DNA of 62,944 nt, filler included, from Octopus bimaculoides (GCF_001194135.2; 6 parts of 4 records of this genome joined end to end with filler, not necessarily neighbours in it), one strand, 5' to 3'; shown: positions 38,995-52,523, numbered from the whole stretch's first letter. A program made the numbers and translations. Notes: generated from the letters alone by a model not told the origin.

Positions 38995-40480
38995 TGGGAG
39001 AGCCAAAAACCACAACAGAAAAATAGGAGTCACTGCAGATTTGTCATTTACTAAACTTAGAATCTTGTGGCTCACCAATGCTGTAGCTGTTGATAAAGAA
39101 GGGATATTCTGATTTAAAGATCGTGTCCTTGCTAGGAACGAAAAAAGAAAACAAATATTTAGATATGAATGTGAGGGACAGCATTACATTAAGACTGTAT
39201 GGTATTACTTAATCGATGCAGCTATTTGCCGACAGCGCGCGAAATTTGAGAGGTTGCTTTATCTCAGATCATTCTTTGTTACCACTTAAACTCAGTTCAC
39301 ACGAAAGCCTAGCAGTGATCAAGCCACAAACACGTTAAACTCAATTCTTGGTCTACTGGCAACTACTTATCAATATCAACACACACTGAGTGACAAAATT
39401 TTCTACTTAATCTGTGTATATGGTACCCCAAATTACATCCTTCCAGTTTAATTCAAATCACTGTAACTCCTTAGATGTCCTATTGCGAGTAATACCGTTT
39501 TGCTTTTCAGTTCATATTGATTTCCTTCTTAGCACATCCAATTTCTATAATAAGGTGTAAAGAGCTATAATTTACAAAAGCAGTGAGAGGGGATGCATTT
39601 AATATATAATAACTGACGGTTACGCAGCGAAGTTATCTATTATATAACTAACTTTTGAAAATGGGAACGAACCACAGGGTAGTTAAGAGAGGCATTAGAC
39701 ATCTATGAATCAAACACATTTCAGATGCGGCTACTTGATTTTCGCACTACTTCTCCTCTCCTCAGATATGGTATTAAATCTCAAGTTTCGTTGATGAAAA
39801 GAAAAAAAAAATGGGCATTATGCTGTTGTAAAGCTGTCGACAAACACTTCACATCAGATGCCCTCTATCCATATTAATCCTTGAAAACATTAACGTGGCT
39901 TAGCTTCCAAATGTTGTATCGCTCACTTATATTCATTTTCTCCAATGTTTGCGTTTCTTTGTGCACGTGCCATAGCCTATATAATAAAGTTTTAAAGTTT
40001 AGGGTCAAAGAAAGCATGAAAGACTATCTCAACATCAGTCTGTTTTTCCTTCCTGAGAAACCGAATTTTGTAACTCAACTAACTCCTTTAATATTTTCAG
40101 TTGCCAAATCATAATGAAATGTAACGATTCTATAGGAATTTATAATTTATAATTTCCATCACATAATTTATCATCTGTATTACTCCATTACTTGTGGCTT
40201 AACTCGCTTATTAATGCACTTACTTTTTGCTTTCTAAGTCGGTATCGACATGCTATGCTTTTGGTAAGCAGGACTTTATCCTAGAAGTCATACGTAAGTT
40301 GAAAGTACAAATCATTAATTTGTTCCTGAATAGCTGCTAACGGAAATTGTGGACGTTCTACATTATCGTTAACCAAAACTATCAGAGCATCATTTACCGA
40401 GCGATTTCCGCTGTTTAACTTCACAGACTAACACTTCCTTTCAAAATGTAAGAATTTTAGACGTATTTACACATTTATAT

Positions 40481-40541
<61 letters not shown>

Positions 40542-40808
40542 CGCACACACACACACACACATATATATATACATATGTGTGTGTATGTATGTATATACAT
40601 GTATATATGTGTGCGTACATATATATATATTTATGTGTGTGTAAGTGTACACACACGCACAAGCATATATATATATAGACACATTCACAAACACACATCA
40701 AACACGCACACACAGACATACGTATGTATGATCCTTCTTTGAGTTTTATATAAGTTCTTCTTAAGGGAGTTCAAGCCGCTCGCTAACAAACCAACAAGGT
40801 TTATTTAG

Positions 40809-42598
40809 TCAAGAAAGTTCCCAGTGTTTGTAGATATGTGGCTTAGCTGGTGTGTTGGTTGAACTGCCGATACACAAACCAGTGTGTGTGCATCTTTTCA
40901 TCTGAAGAATCTCACATTGAGAATTTTTGTCACTAATAGATTGTATTTGGAGTATCCGCGTCAGTTTCTTTTTCTCTCTTTTAGTAAGACCGAGAACTTC
41001 AAGGTTTTTGTGCAACTTCGTTGGTGCATAATCTAATGCACCTATGATGAAAGGTACAAATGAAACTTCATTGTCAGAGTATAAGAGCAGTAAGTTTCGC
41101 ATAAATTCGCCATGAAACTTCTCTATTTCCTGGATTTTTGATCATACATTCACATCCGTTGGGCAGCTGATCTCTACAACAGTGCATTATTTTGTTCCTT
41201 ATTCCACAAAACAATATCAGGTCTGTTATGTTTACATCGAATTGATGTCTTTATTAGAGTGTTCCACCAGTATTCTTTGCTTTTAAAGGTTTGAACACCT
41301 GCTGGTTTTGACATGTCCTTCCTGTAGATAGCATTGTAAATAGTCTTTGCAATTATATCATGCCCTAGGGGCAGGTAGTATCTCGTAGATACTTTTGAGC
41401 AGCTGTTGCTGACGTGGCTGATATCTTCCTCACTGGTGCAGTTGAGCCGATATTTTTGTCACAACGTAGAGGTTTGGTTGTATCATTGTATCTCTTGTTT
41501 ATCAAGTATTTAGTAGCTATCTTCTATTCCTTGGTAGAGAATGCATATACTTCTAGGCAGGATGTAATGTATCTATCGCAGGCCCAGGAAAGGCTACTCT
41601 TCTTGTCAATGCTGCTGTTGCCCTCTAGCTCACAGGATATGCATTGCGTTTTCTTGGTATTATGCCTGCTTGCTTCTCCTCCAAGCTTCTGTTTTGGTAG
41701 GTCAGTCCAGCTTACTTTAGGTTGCATGAAACAGTTGTATCTTCAGAGTATCTGCACAGCAATTCTTCTCCAAACGTGAAGATGTTGTTGCTCTGAATTT
41801 TGAGTGTGTGTGGAATATACTCATTTCTTTCCTTGCTGTTTAGCAGGTGTTGTCTGAGTGATACAATGCGACATTCAAATGACTGACCCCATGCTTCTAC
41901 ATCCATCACTTCGCCTCACATAAATCCTATCGAAATCATTATGAACGTGAAAGTTGCCAGTAGTGGTCAGTACTTTTCTGGTTTTGATCTTCAGACTGCC
42001 TATCTCATCGAGTGTCCAGTCCAATATTCAAAATATTGGTACTAGCACTGGTATTGCAAAAGCATTGTGAGATATGGTTTTGTTAAATGCAAACAGCTCT
42101 GAGTTCCACATTTTCCGTAGTCTACAGAAGTACTCTTTTGTTACTCTGACTTTAGTCACAGCACGAATGTAAACAACATTCTCATCGATACCAAAGTAAT
42201 TGTAGCTTTCATCATTAGAAATAGGGGAGATAGACAAGCCGTAGATGTGCGTGTTCTCTGGCTAGTCAACACTCTTTCCTCACTTGACTATCACGTATGA
42301 GTAGTTGACTATTACGTCAGTTGACTGTAACGTCAGTTGGCTATCACGTATCACCCAAACTCCCTTCCTGTATTTCGTGAGAACCTTGTGACTAGTTCTA
42401 ATTGTCTCTTGATGTTGGTCACATTAGAGGAATATAAATTAAGATCGTCAACAAAAAAATGTGTTGGTGCCATTACATTCATTCTTTTCTGCATATCAGA
42501 GCATGTAGCTTTGGCATTTTGTTAATTGGGCCGACAAGGGATTCACTACAGTACAAATAGCAGTACACTATCACCCTGAGATATTCCTGGTGACAGCT
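40809..42598 (-). mobile_element. R4/Dong-clade non-LTR retrotransposon, lineage B, RT domains 4-7 plus restriction-like endonuclease
   Basis: GISQGDSVLLFVL, HFFVDDLNLY, YNYFGIDEN...KEYFCRLRKMWNSELFAFNKTISHNAFAIPVL, KHNRPDIVLWNK (RLE PD motif) and IIGALDYAPTKLHKNLEVLG. Runs into the gap at 42600. Confidence 0.85.
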
Positions 42599-42859
42599 TN
42601 NNNNNNNNNNNNNNNNNNNNNNNNNNNNNNNNNNNNNNNNNNNNNNNNNNNNNNNNNNNNNNNNNNNNNNNNNNNNNNNNNNNNNNNNNNNNNNNNNNNN
42701 NNNNNNNNNNNNNNNNNNNNNNNNNNNNNNNNNNNNNNNNNNNNNNNNNNNNNNNNNNNNNNNNNNNNNNNNNNNNNNNNNNNNNNNNNNNNNNNNNNNN
42801 NNNNNNNNNNNNNNNNNNNNNNNNNNNNNNCAATGATTATTTGTATACATGTTTGTGTA

Positions 42860-42866
42860 TATGTAC

Positions 42867-42897
<31 letters not shown>

Positions 42898-42930
42898 TGT
42901 ATGTATGTATGTATGTATGTATGTATGTAT
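42860..42930. repeat. (TATG)n microsatellite
   Basis: Direct reading. Confidence 0.95.
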
Positions 42931-43339
42931 GCAGGTATGTATGTCTTTGTTTAGTTTTATTTCAAGATTCCTTGCCAATTGAGAAAAAAGCCAATTTCTA
43001 GCCTAGATCCAAGGAATTTCAACATCAGCATTACATTTTTGTATGTATGTATATGTGCAGATTTGTATGTTTTGTCTTATGCATGTATTCTCATACGTAT
43101 AGTTGCATGTCTACGCATGCTAACATATACTTAAATGATAAACTTCTGGAAAGTTTTATAGGTTTCTACAGTTCCAGTTATGACAAGGATTTGCATCAAC
43201 TTTCTCCCTTTTGGTTTTGAGAAGCATAATTTATCAAGATTGGTATTCAGGCAGTGTGACATATCACAGTGCCCAATAATTACAGGTATAAACCTGAACT
43301 TGTAATCTATAGGTTTGTATGTATTTTCTTGCATTAGTT

Positions 43340-43700
43340 GTAGTATACTAACTATTTACCGAAGTTTCTGAGACATAATATTTTGCATTGACAGCTCCCA
43401 TGATCAACTTTCAACGTGAAGTGCCAGATGCTCTTTTTCTATGGCTTATTCATTGAGACGTGCACAGATTGCTTGAACCTGTTTGATATATACCACTGTA
43501 TTAAGCCTTCCAGAATCGTAGAGTCACAGAAACTTTTCTACCACCAATGTAATTTTTCTTTCGCCTCTGCACATTTTTGATAAATACTTTACTCAAGTCA
43601 TCTAGGACAAATCATGTATGAAGCGAATTTCAATTATCTTACCTCCAGATGAAACCTCAATGCGGTTGATCAATCTTCTGTAAATTGCAGTTAAATCTTC
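43340..43700 (-). mobile_element. Decayed RTE C-terminal fragment (tentative)
   Basis: Weak echoes of the RINAFEM...ISW...RKL motifs. Confidence 0.35.
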
Positions 43701-45544
43701 TTATAAGCATACCCTCCTAATTAAAAGAACACCTGATCTAATGTAATTATGCATTCCCCAAAATTATATAATACGAGCAATACAAAATAGTGACAATCGT
43801 GAACGTTCAAAACAAAAATCCAAAGAGATATTCGAAAAAATGTTATAGGCGGGTGTGATTAGTTCGGAATGGTGGCGTACTTAAAGCAATACATTGCTTA
43901 CTATTTGAATATTTTTGAAATTTCTAATGATTATTCCATCACTACATTTTATCTTTTTAATTAAATACGTCTAGCTTGCTTTTGAAATGAATGCAATGCT
44001 AATACTTTCCAATATTACATCATAAAATATGTTTAGCTACCTAAATGCTTTTTTTTCTCTCATCTCGTCGTAATACATATACTTTTAAAATGAAAGTGAT
44101 TTTCTCCCTGAAGTTACAAAAATGTTTAAAAACTTTGCGTTCGTTTTGGTATTTTAAGTGAAGCTGCATGTGTTACACATTCCATTTTTCTTATAATTAC
44201 GCCATGATTGTTTTCAGTTACTCGTTTTTCTAGCAAATCAAACAACTGAGAAAATACAATAATTTAAACATGAAAATGTACATGGCATATTTTTTTGAGA
44301 GAGAAGGAGAGAGATGGAAAGAGAGAGAGAGGGGCGACAGACAGACAGACAAACAGACAGCTGAAGTGACTGTTCTTAAAGATAATGACAAAAACTCGAC
44401 ATCGTAGTGAATAACAGTTATCTGGAAATTTGTTTTAAGACGAGTGAAATCCGAGTTGAAGTATTCAAATTGAAGAATAAGAATTGCATTTCGAAGATAT
44501 ATTCAAAGTATTTGTTTTAATATTTTACTGCGTTCATTCTAAGCTGATCGGAAAGCTCCTACAATTTTGACTCTATAGATAAACAGATATATAAGAATTC
44601 TTTCTCCATTGTAATTAGATGATAAAACTTTCTACTACAAGTATATTGGTGAGATCTGGTGAAATACATTGACCCCAGTGCTGTACTGGTACTCATTTCA
44701 ATGCCCTTGAAAGAAAGAAAAAATAGTTGAAGTCGACGTGTATTTCATCGTGTATCTTGATACTGGTGTGTGGTTAATGTGTTTAGGCTTCGGTTATGTT
44801 TTGGTCTTCCCTCCATAGATTATTTTGATATTGAAAACCCCTCGTGGTTTTCAGCTCTCTTTGCGACCAAATCGCCTAAATCTTTGATGAAGTATAAAAC
44901 CAACCAGAAGTCTATATCTTCCGGTATAATAGTAGTTTTTACATTCGCAATTTACTTTTTGTTTTTGTCTCTCTAGGGATACACCAAGTGTGAAGCAGTA
45001 ATTGAATTTTACATAAGAACTTATCAACTAATCGAAAGAGCGTCCTCCGTTCACGATTTATGTGCAACCTGCTGTTAAGATATTTTCGAAGTTTTACTCG
45101 GCGAGTTTCATGACGAGTCCTTTTACAAGAAATTCACATAAATATTTCATAGCTCATTTTCTATCTCACGTAATTGTCTTTCCGTATTGTATTTCTATTT
45201 CTCTCTTTGTATACCAGTATATATCTTACATATATTTTGTCATTCATTTTAATGTCGACATCCATCCGGGGGAGTATTGCCCCTGCTGTTTGTCCTTCGC
45301 TGTTATCTTTCTCATTGGATTCCTTATATTCTGTGTTTTGTTATGTTGTTGAGACTAAAACCGCTGACCCTGATTTTTTCCCATCAATTTTCCCATCCGT
45401 CGATAATGATGCTTTATATTCGATATTGACACTGTTCTGTGTTTATTTTGTTTCAAATATTAATGCTGTTTGTTTCATTAACAAAGTTATTCATACGCAT
45501 ATACATACGTTTACATATATGTATATTTACTTACTCTTACTCTC

Positions 45545-45940
45545 TTTTACTCTTTTACTTGTTTCAGTCATTTGACTGTGGCCATGCTGCAGCACCGCCT
45601 TTAGTCGAGAAAATCGACCCCAGAACTTATTCTTTGGATGCCTAATACATATTCTATCGGTCTCTTTTGCCGAACCTCTAAGTTACGGGGACGTAAACAC
45701 CCCACCATCGGTTGTCAAGCGATGTTGGGGGGACAAACACAGACACACAAACACATACATATATACATACATATATACGACAGGCTTCGTTCAGTTTCTG
45801 TCTACCAAATCCACTCACAAGGCTTTGGTCGGCCCGAGGCTATAGTAGAAGACACTTGCCCAAGGTACGACGCAGTGGGAATGAACTCGGAACCATGTGG
45901 TTGGTTAGTAAGCTACTTACCACACAGGCACTCCTACGCC
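45545..45940 (-). mobile_element. CORE-like SINE, full length
   Basis: Reverse complement of the family at 14515-14930, with head, core and tail. Confidence 0.8.
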
Positions 45941-46199
45941 TGTTCCTTCGCTACTAACATTGTTGGAATTATCTCCTTGTAACACTGTAGCTATTATAAA
46001 AATACAGAATGCAGGAAAAGAAAATTAATAATTAATCTCGTTTCCTCTTAACGTGGAACCTTATATAACAAATCAGTTTTTGTAATTTTCCATATTATAA
46101 AAGTAATATACTATAGAGAATAAAACAAATTGAAAATATATAACTGAAGATATGTAACATTTAGAATGGTTATATCTAATAACAATGATAACTCTATCT

Positions 46200-46512
46200 C
46201 TTATAGGCACAGGGCAGGAAATTTAGAGGGAGAGGGGCAGTACATTTGATTGATCTCAATACGAAACTGGTACTCAACTTATGAACCCCGAAAGAATGAA
46301 AAGCAAAGTCGATCTCGGCGCAGAACGTAGAGACGAGTGAAATACCGCTAAACATTTCCTGCAACATGCTAACGAATCTGCCAGCTCGCCGTCTTCTTAA
46401 CGCTTGAAAGGCAAATTAGACCTCGGCGGAATTTGAACTGAGAACGTAAAGACAGACGGAACGCTGCAGAACATTTTAGTCGGTGTGCTAACTATTCTGT
46501 TAGCTTGCCGCC

Positions 46513-46514
<2 letters not shown>
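46200..46514 (-). mobile_element. Two tandem Nin-like SINE copies next to (AAT)n
   Basis: 46200-46395 is near full length and 46405-46514 is the head half. Confidence 0.75.
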
Positions 46515-46603
<89 letters not shown>

Positions 46604-47069
46604 GTTAAAACACCTGACAGCAATGCATATAAAGCTGGCAGAAAACTTTAACAACATACTAGCAGAGCCAGAGACANNNNNNNNNNNNNNNNNNNNNNNN
46701 NNNNNNNNNNNNNNNNNNNNTTAATTAATTAANNNNNNNNNNNNNNNNNNNNNNNNNNNNNNNNNNNNNNNNNNNNGTTTATTAGCTACTGCCAATATGC
46801 TTCAGCCATTTTTTGACAAGGAAATAATAATTTTATCACCGCCGAGAATCGTTTGTTTACGTAGTCAGCACTTAATTTTTACGGCTGAATGGACGTCAGT
46901 CATTGGTTGAAATTACAGAAATACGACAACTTTAACATGAACTAACTTGCGCTGTACGTTTTTTTGTTAAGAAGACTAAGAGAAAAAGATGTTTTATATG
47001 ACACATTCTACCAGTGTCCCAAGTTTCAAAGTGTTTCGTTAAGAAAATACTGGTGCCCCCGTTTTGAAC

Positions 47070-47500
47070 AAGATCCATCATCTACATGCTCGAATCAAGT
47101 GGTGTCCGTTCTCGCGCAGTTCGGGCTGGGTCTTGGCTTCCTCAGGTGGATCATACATTTATATGACAACATTGGCTCGATCGTTGGGGTGAACGGCTTT
47201 CTTCCTAAGCCGTTCTGTATCAGGCGCTCGGTTTGCCAAGGATGTCCGCTCTGGCTGCTTTTGTATGTGATGGCTCTGGAGCCGTTACTGCGAAAGTTGA
47301 ATCCTGAGGGAACCAGTTGATGGAGGCTCGATCTCAGCATACGCGGATGTCATCACCATCATCGCGACCAAGATGGAATACCTACATAGGGTAGGCGAAG
47401 CCATTAAGGTTTACGAGACGGTGACAGGAGCAAAGATTAACCGAGAAAAATCAGTCATCTTGCTACTCGGCGCCTGGGGAGCAAATCCACTCGATAGAGA
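47070..47500 (+). mobile_element. L1/Tx1-clade RT fragment
   Basis: VLAQFGLGLGFLRWIIHLY...VNGFLPKPFCIRRSVCQGCPL...YVMALEPLLRKL, then ISAYADVITI and YETVTGAKINREKS. Confidence 0.85.
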
Positions 47501-48339
47501 CTAATTCGGAAATAAAAACTAAACAACAAATAACACTAGTAACTCGATCAAGGTTGACCTGTGGCTGAATAACGACAACAAAAAAAAGAAAACAAATGGA
47601 GAAGTGAAATAAACAGGAAATAACTTTTTAACATTCAGTGAGTCAGAGACTAAAATGTTAATTCTTAATTAATATTATAAAGGTGAACAGTCTCTATAAG
47701 CAGCTAAGACGGAATTGCATTGCTTCAGTTGACTCACCGCCCACACCGATATTTTAATCTTCTTAACATTCAGTCATTAATCCGACATTAGGGCAAACAC
47801 GATATTTTTCAAATATCAAGCAAAAACATTAAAAAAAAACGATGGTACAACAAAAAAATTATAGCTGAATCATAAACAAACAAAAGAAAACAAAATCAAA
47901 TCTAAGGAGAGAAAGCAAATATTTTTTTTTCCGATTGTTTAAACCGTTCCTCCATTTAAAAAAAAAATCCCTTTGTTTTCTCGGAGAAAATATAATATAC
48001 AGATAATCCTTTCTCAAATCGGCTTTCGATCTAACAAGTCAGTTGAAGAAAAGCAAGCATATAATACTAAATCGACGGATAGTCACAAAGAAAACAGTAG
48101 TCGTGCTGAGCGTTACAGCAGGGATTTTTCTTTAATGAAACATAGCATTAGTTAGTGTTCTTCCTTTTCTCTAGTAAACTACCTATATGTACGGTGTAGG
48201 CCATGCACCGTACATGTAAGTTTATTTTCATTTATTTATGTGGAAGCACCAGCCAAATACAAGCTAGAACTCATTGAGCTTCAAAGTAGAGAATTTTTGA
48301 AAAACTTATCATAGAGAACATGCCCTTTTTTACTTTTAG

Positions 48340-48764
48340 AAGAAATTGCATTCTTTCAATGAATTTGATCAAATTGCCAATTTAGTCAGAAAACTATTGC
48401 GCATATGAGGTAGTACATACTGCTGTGAACAATTTTTTCGTGTATGAAAAATATCAAAACTGCTGAAAGAAATAGGCTGAGTGATTGCCATTCTTAGAAT
48501 AAAGAATAGTACCATAAAAGCAGATACTGAGAATATCATAAAAAGAAAGCAATGTCAAAAATCACATTGATTTTATTTTGTGTAAGTGTAATTTTGTATT
48601 TACTATCAACAGCACATTATTTTGTATTTATATTTGTTATTTTAAAAAATTTATACAGTATATATTGGACTTTTTAAAAGTTTATATCTAAGTACTTTTG
48701 TGGCTCAGTGAATATACTTAAATTTATAATCTGGCCCACTAGGGGAAAAGGTTGGACATCTCTG
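48340..48764 (+). mobile_element. hAT transposon 3' end (dimerisation-domain remnant and right TIR)
   Basis: GSTYCCEQFF-CMKNIKTAERNRLSD...ILRIKNSTIKADTENIIKRKQCQKSH* (stop 48568-48570) matches Charlie/SPIN-type C-termini. TIR AGGTTGGACATCTCTG at 48749-48764. Confidence 0.8.
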
Positions 48765-49689
48765 GTGTAGGGTCAAGTTAACTACTTAGATGCGTAGAAT
48801 AACATCTGAAATTCAGAACGATGGCTGATGGTCTGAGTCAGCAGCAATTGATCAATATCAGCGTTCATAGGAGAATATGAAGAGTTCATTTATCGTTAGG
48901 AGTAAAAAAAAATCTAACGTTAGGAACTTTGTCTATCATCTTCTGAAAGGACATGGACTTAAACGTTAGACTGGATACTCCTCGACGTATTTGAAGTTAT
49001 CACTCTCTCCTATGAACCCACCCGTTCATTTCAGTTTAAAGACCATCATGTCTCCTTTTTTCCAACAAGAACAATGGTGAATCAACGAAGGGTTCACTAC
49101 GTTGTTGATTGACCTTGTATAAATAGCAGCCACATTTTTATCATTCCCTATTGACTTAAAAAAGTGGGGACACACATTATATTATGTAGTGATAGATACA
49201 TTATGGCAGAAAAATTAGACGGGATGGTCAAGGGAAAGCTCAAGGAATGATTGTATCTGGCCATAGGTCTACTCATTAGGGCAAATCTTAGGATGACATC
49301 AATAACATGCAATGAGTAATGACATACATATGCATCTATGTTCTGTTTTTATTTTTTATTCTTTTACTAAAATTGCTTATTTTTTGTATATATTTGCGCA
49401 GGAGTTCTTTGCAGCTTGGAACAGTAAATTTCAAAATTCATCATCAAGGTTTCTTGAACTTCGTAGTCATATCTTCAGGAAAAGATAAAACTGTCTCATA
49501 CATTCATACATACATACACTCACACTCACACACATACACAGACAGACACACAAACACACATATTAAGAGACATAAAGTTCAGTCACACATACACACATAA
49601 ACAGCCAAGATCACACGAACACCACACACACGACACATACACATACATACGCACACACATACACACAGACTTGCGTGCACTCACATACC

Positions 49690-49990
49690 CACACATACAC
49701 ACACATACTTCCTTCTCTTACACTCTCCTGTCTTAGAAAGAACTTCTTCTTCACCCATTCCCTTCTGGTCATCTCAAACTATAACCACATGTGAATCGTT
49801 GGCGATTTTCTTCCACTGTCTTCCTTTCTACTGGACTTTTCTCTGTTTCTGAAGAAGAGCATTGTTCGAAACGTTAAACCATCTTTCTTTCCTTCCCTGA
49901 GCGTCTGCTAATACTTTACATGTACCATGTCTTCGCTTTGTTGTTTCTTGTGTTTGTTCTTCTTTTTGTTTTGGATTTACTATGTATGTA
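49690..49990 (+). mobile_element. Penelope-like terminal-repeat remnant
   Basis: Pyrimidine-rich tract containing CTGAAGAAGAGC...GTTCGAAACGT, the signature of PLE terminal repeats. Confidence 0.6.
49845..49879 (+). ncRNA. Minimal type I hammerhead ribozyme motif
   Basis: Stem I GTTT/AAAC, core CTGAAGA(A), stem II GAGC-att-GTTC, GAAA, palindromic ACGT stem III, triplet GTT. Confidence 0.55.
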
Positions 49991-51326
49991 TGTAAAAAAA
50001 GTACAAAATGGGTTGAGATTCTCTGCAGCTGTTTCAGACACGTTTTTTTTTTTATTGATGAATGAACTAGTTCATGATGAAAAAAAACAAACCGTTTTCT
50101 TCAGGAGAATTAAAAACTTAGTTTAAAATTTAAAATTTGGTTTAGAAAAAATATCAATATCTTTGTATGTATATATGTATGTATCTATGTATGTATGTAT
50201 TTGTGAGTGTGTATGTATGTCCTGGGCATGACTCTAAACTGCGTCGAGGCCTGGAGTCCCTAATTTGGAAGTGCCAGAGTTTTGAAAAATGTGTAACTAC
50301 CTCTTAACCAACATTATTCTCAAGGTCCCGGTTATGAGTTAATTGGCATGTAAGCATAAACCACCGTGTGTGAGGGACACCATGCTGTTATCACAGCATC
50401 CTTTTAGGAGAGGTACACTGATGTACAACTTGCGGTTTCACGAGATTGTTAGTCATCTCGCTTTAGCTTGTCATTAGGTACTAATCACGGGGATTCAGTG
50501 GTGCTCGCGTTGTACACGCGTTTATCACTCTTCTTCATTGACGCACAGATGTCCTTTTATGGTGAACATATTTGTTATTCCATCTTGTGAAAGTCTTATG
50601 GCGATGGGAAAGTGGTGGCGTGTGCAGACCTAAGCAGTTGGAAGTGCTTAATAGTCATCTTGGAGGTCAGGGGCAGAAAATTAAAAAATGCTAATTTTAC
50701 TCAGCTAGCAAAAATGAGATGTACCTGTGGTTCAATTGGCCAGCCTTGTCCACATACGGAGTATCAAGTTAAATCTCCCTGAGAATTATATTAAGGGTAG
50801 GCGTGTTTATGGAGTGCTCAACCACTTGTACGTTAATTTCACGAGTAGGTTGTTTTGTTGATCGGATCAACTTGAACAAATGACGTCAATACCGACGGAG
50901 CGCCCCATCCATGTATGTATACATCTTTGTATGTATGTATGTATTCTTTTATTCTTTTATTCTTTTATTCTTTTATTTGTTTCTGTCATTTGGTCTCGAC
51001 CATGCTGGAGCACCGCCTTGAAAGGTTTCGGTCAAGCAAGTCGACTCCAGGACTTATTTTTTAGGCCTAGTACTTATTCTGTCGGTCTCTTTGCCGAACC
51101 ACTAAGTTATGGGGGCGTAAACACATCAACACTGGTTGTCAAGTGGTGATCGGGAACAAACACAGACACATACACGCAAAAACACACGCACTGTATATTT
51201 GGTGTTAATTTGCTTCAGCTTTATATNNNNNNNNNNNNNNNNNNNNNNNNNNNNNNNNNNNNNNNNNNNNNNNNNNNNNNNNNNNNNNNNNNNNNNNNNN
51301 NNNNNNNNNNNNNNNNNNNNNNNNNN

Positions 51327-51368
<42 letters not shown>

Positions 51369-51592
51369 AAAACAACAGACAGTTGTTGGGTTTTTCGACC
51401 CAAGTCAACCATGAGTGAGCAGACCTAAAATCAAAAGCGTTCCAGGAATGACCATCCTGAGAATGAGTATATTTATGACAATTCTATGCTAGCGTCTGTT
51501 TATTTAAGACAATAAGGGTGTGATTTCCGAGATATTTGGCTTCTGTCTCTAGCAGGTTCAGCACGCACGTTGAGGCTACCTCGTTGACTCGT

Positions 51593-51627
<35 letters not shown>

Positions 51628-52523
51628 AAACAATGAAGGAAGGATGAAAGAAATAATTTCCGCCAGCATTGATAAAAATAAAGTTTCTGCCGAAGGCAGT
51701 TTATGTGAAGGTCAGACAAAATTGTCGTTAAAAAAAATATTTTTTTTCTTTACTGCTATTTCTGGTAATTTCGATGAAATAAATAATGGAGAGCTAATTA
51801 AGTAATTAAGAATCTTCTTCTCGACTCCTTTCTTCTTCTCTGTTTTGGTTAGTTTCTTTAACATTTTTTCTTCCATGTCTATATATCCTGTCCTCTTCTG
51901 CGTTCTACATCCCTCTTCAGCCTTTTGTATTGTTTTCCTTTTTTCTTCTATCTTCTTCCATCCCATTTTCTTTTGTCAACTTCTGTTTCGATTTCCTTTG
52001 ATTTCTTTTTTCTTCATCTCTCTACTGAAAACTGCTTACTAATTTTTTTTCTCTTCTTTTTATTTTCCTTCTGCTTTTCGTGCATAATCTCGTCAATATT
52101 CATAATTTCTTTCATAGGCATTAAGATCAGCAATTTGGTAGGAGGGAAAAGTCGATTAAATTATTCGAGTACTTGACTGGTTCTTCATTTTATCGACTCC
52201 AGAAGAATGAAAAGTAAAGTAGATTACTGCAAGGTTTGAACAGTAATAACATAGATGTCAGTCTTTTCTTTATTATTTACAAGAAATAAAAGAAATCATG
52301 GATTGTGAAAGACAGATTTATAAATATGAAGGGTAGGGTAAGATATGTTATACAATATACTAAAGGACGTATTAAGATTCAAAGAAGCACTTACGTACGC
52401 GCACACACATATAATATATAACATTTGGTGTTGAAAAACATGAGCATTTTAGAATAATCTGTTTTAAGTTCGGTGTGATGACTTAGTCTTAATTTTACTA
52501 ATAATCTGTCTCTTCCATGTTTA

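Noticed and set aside
48184-48218. 12-bp-stem hairpin as a Helitron end
   Set aside because: No CTRR at the expected distance downstream.
48913-48970. CTGAAAGGACATGGACTTAAACGTTAG as a hammerhead remnant
   Set aside because: Both the CUGANGA and GAAA cores are broken.
51712-51966. Lys/Glu-rich ORF as a GTF2E1 or other exon
   Set aside because: Purine-rich low-complexity sequence with no family motif or clear splice sites.
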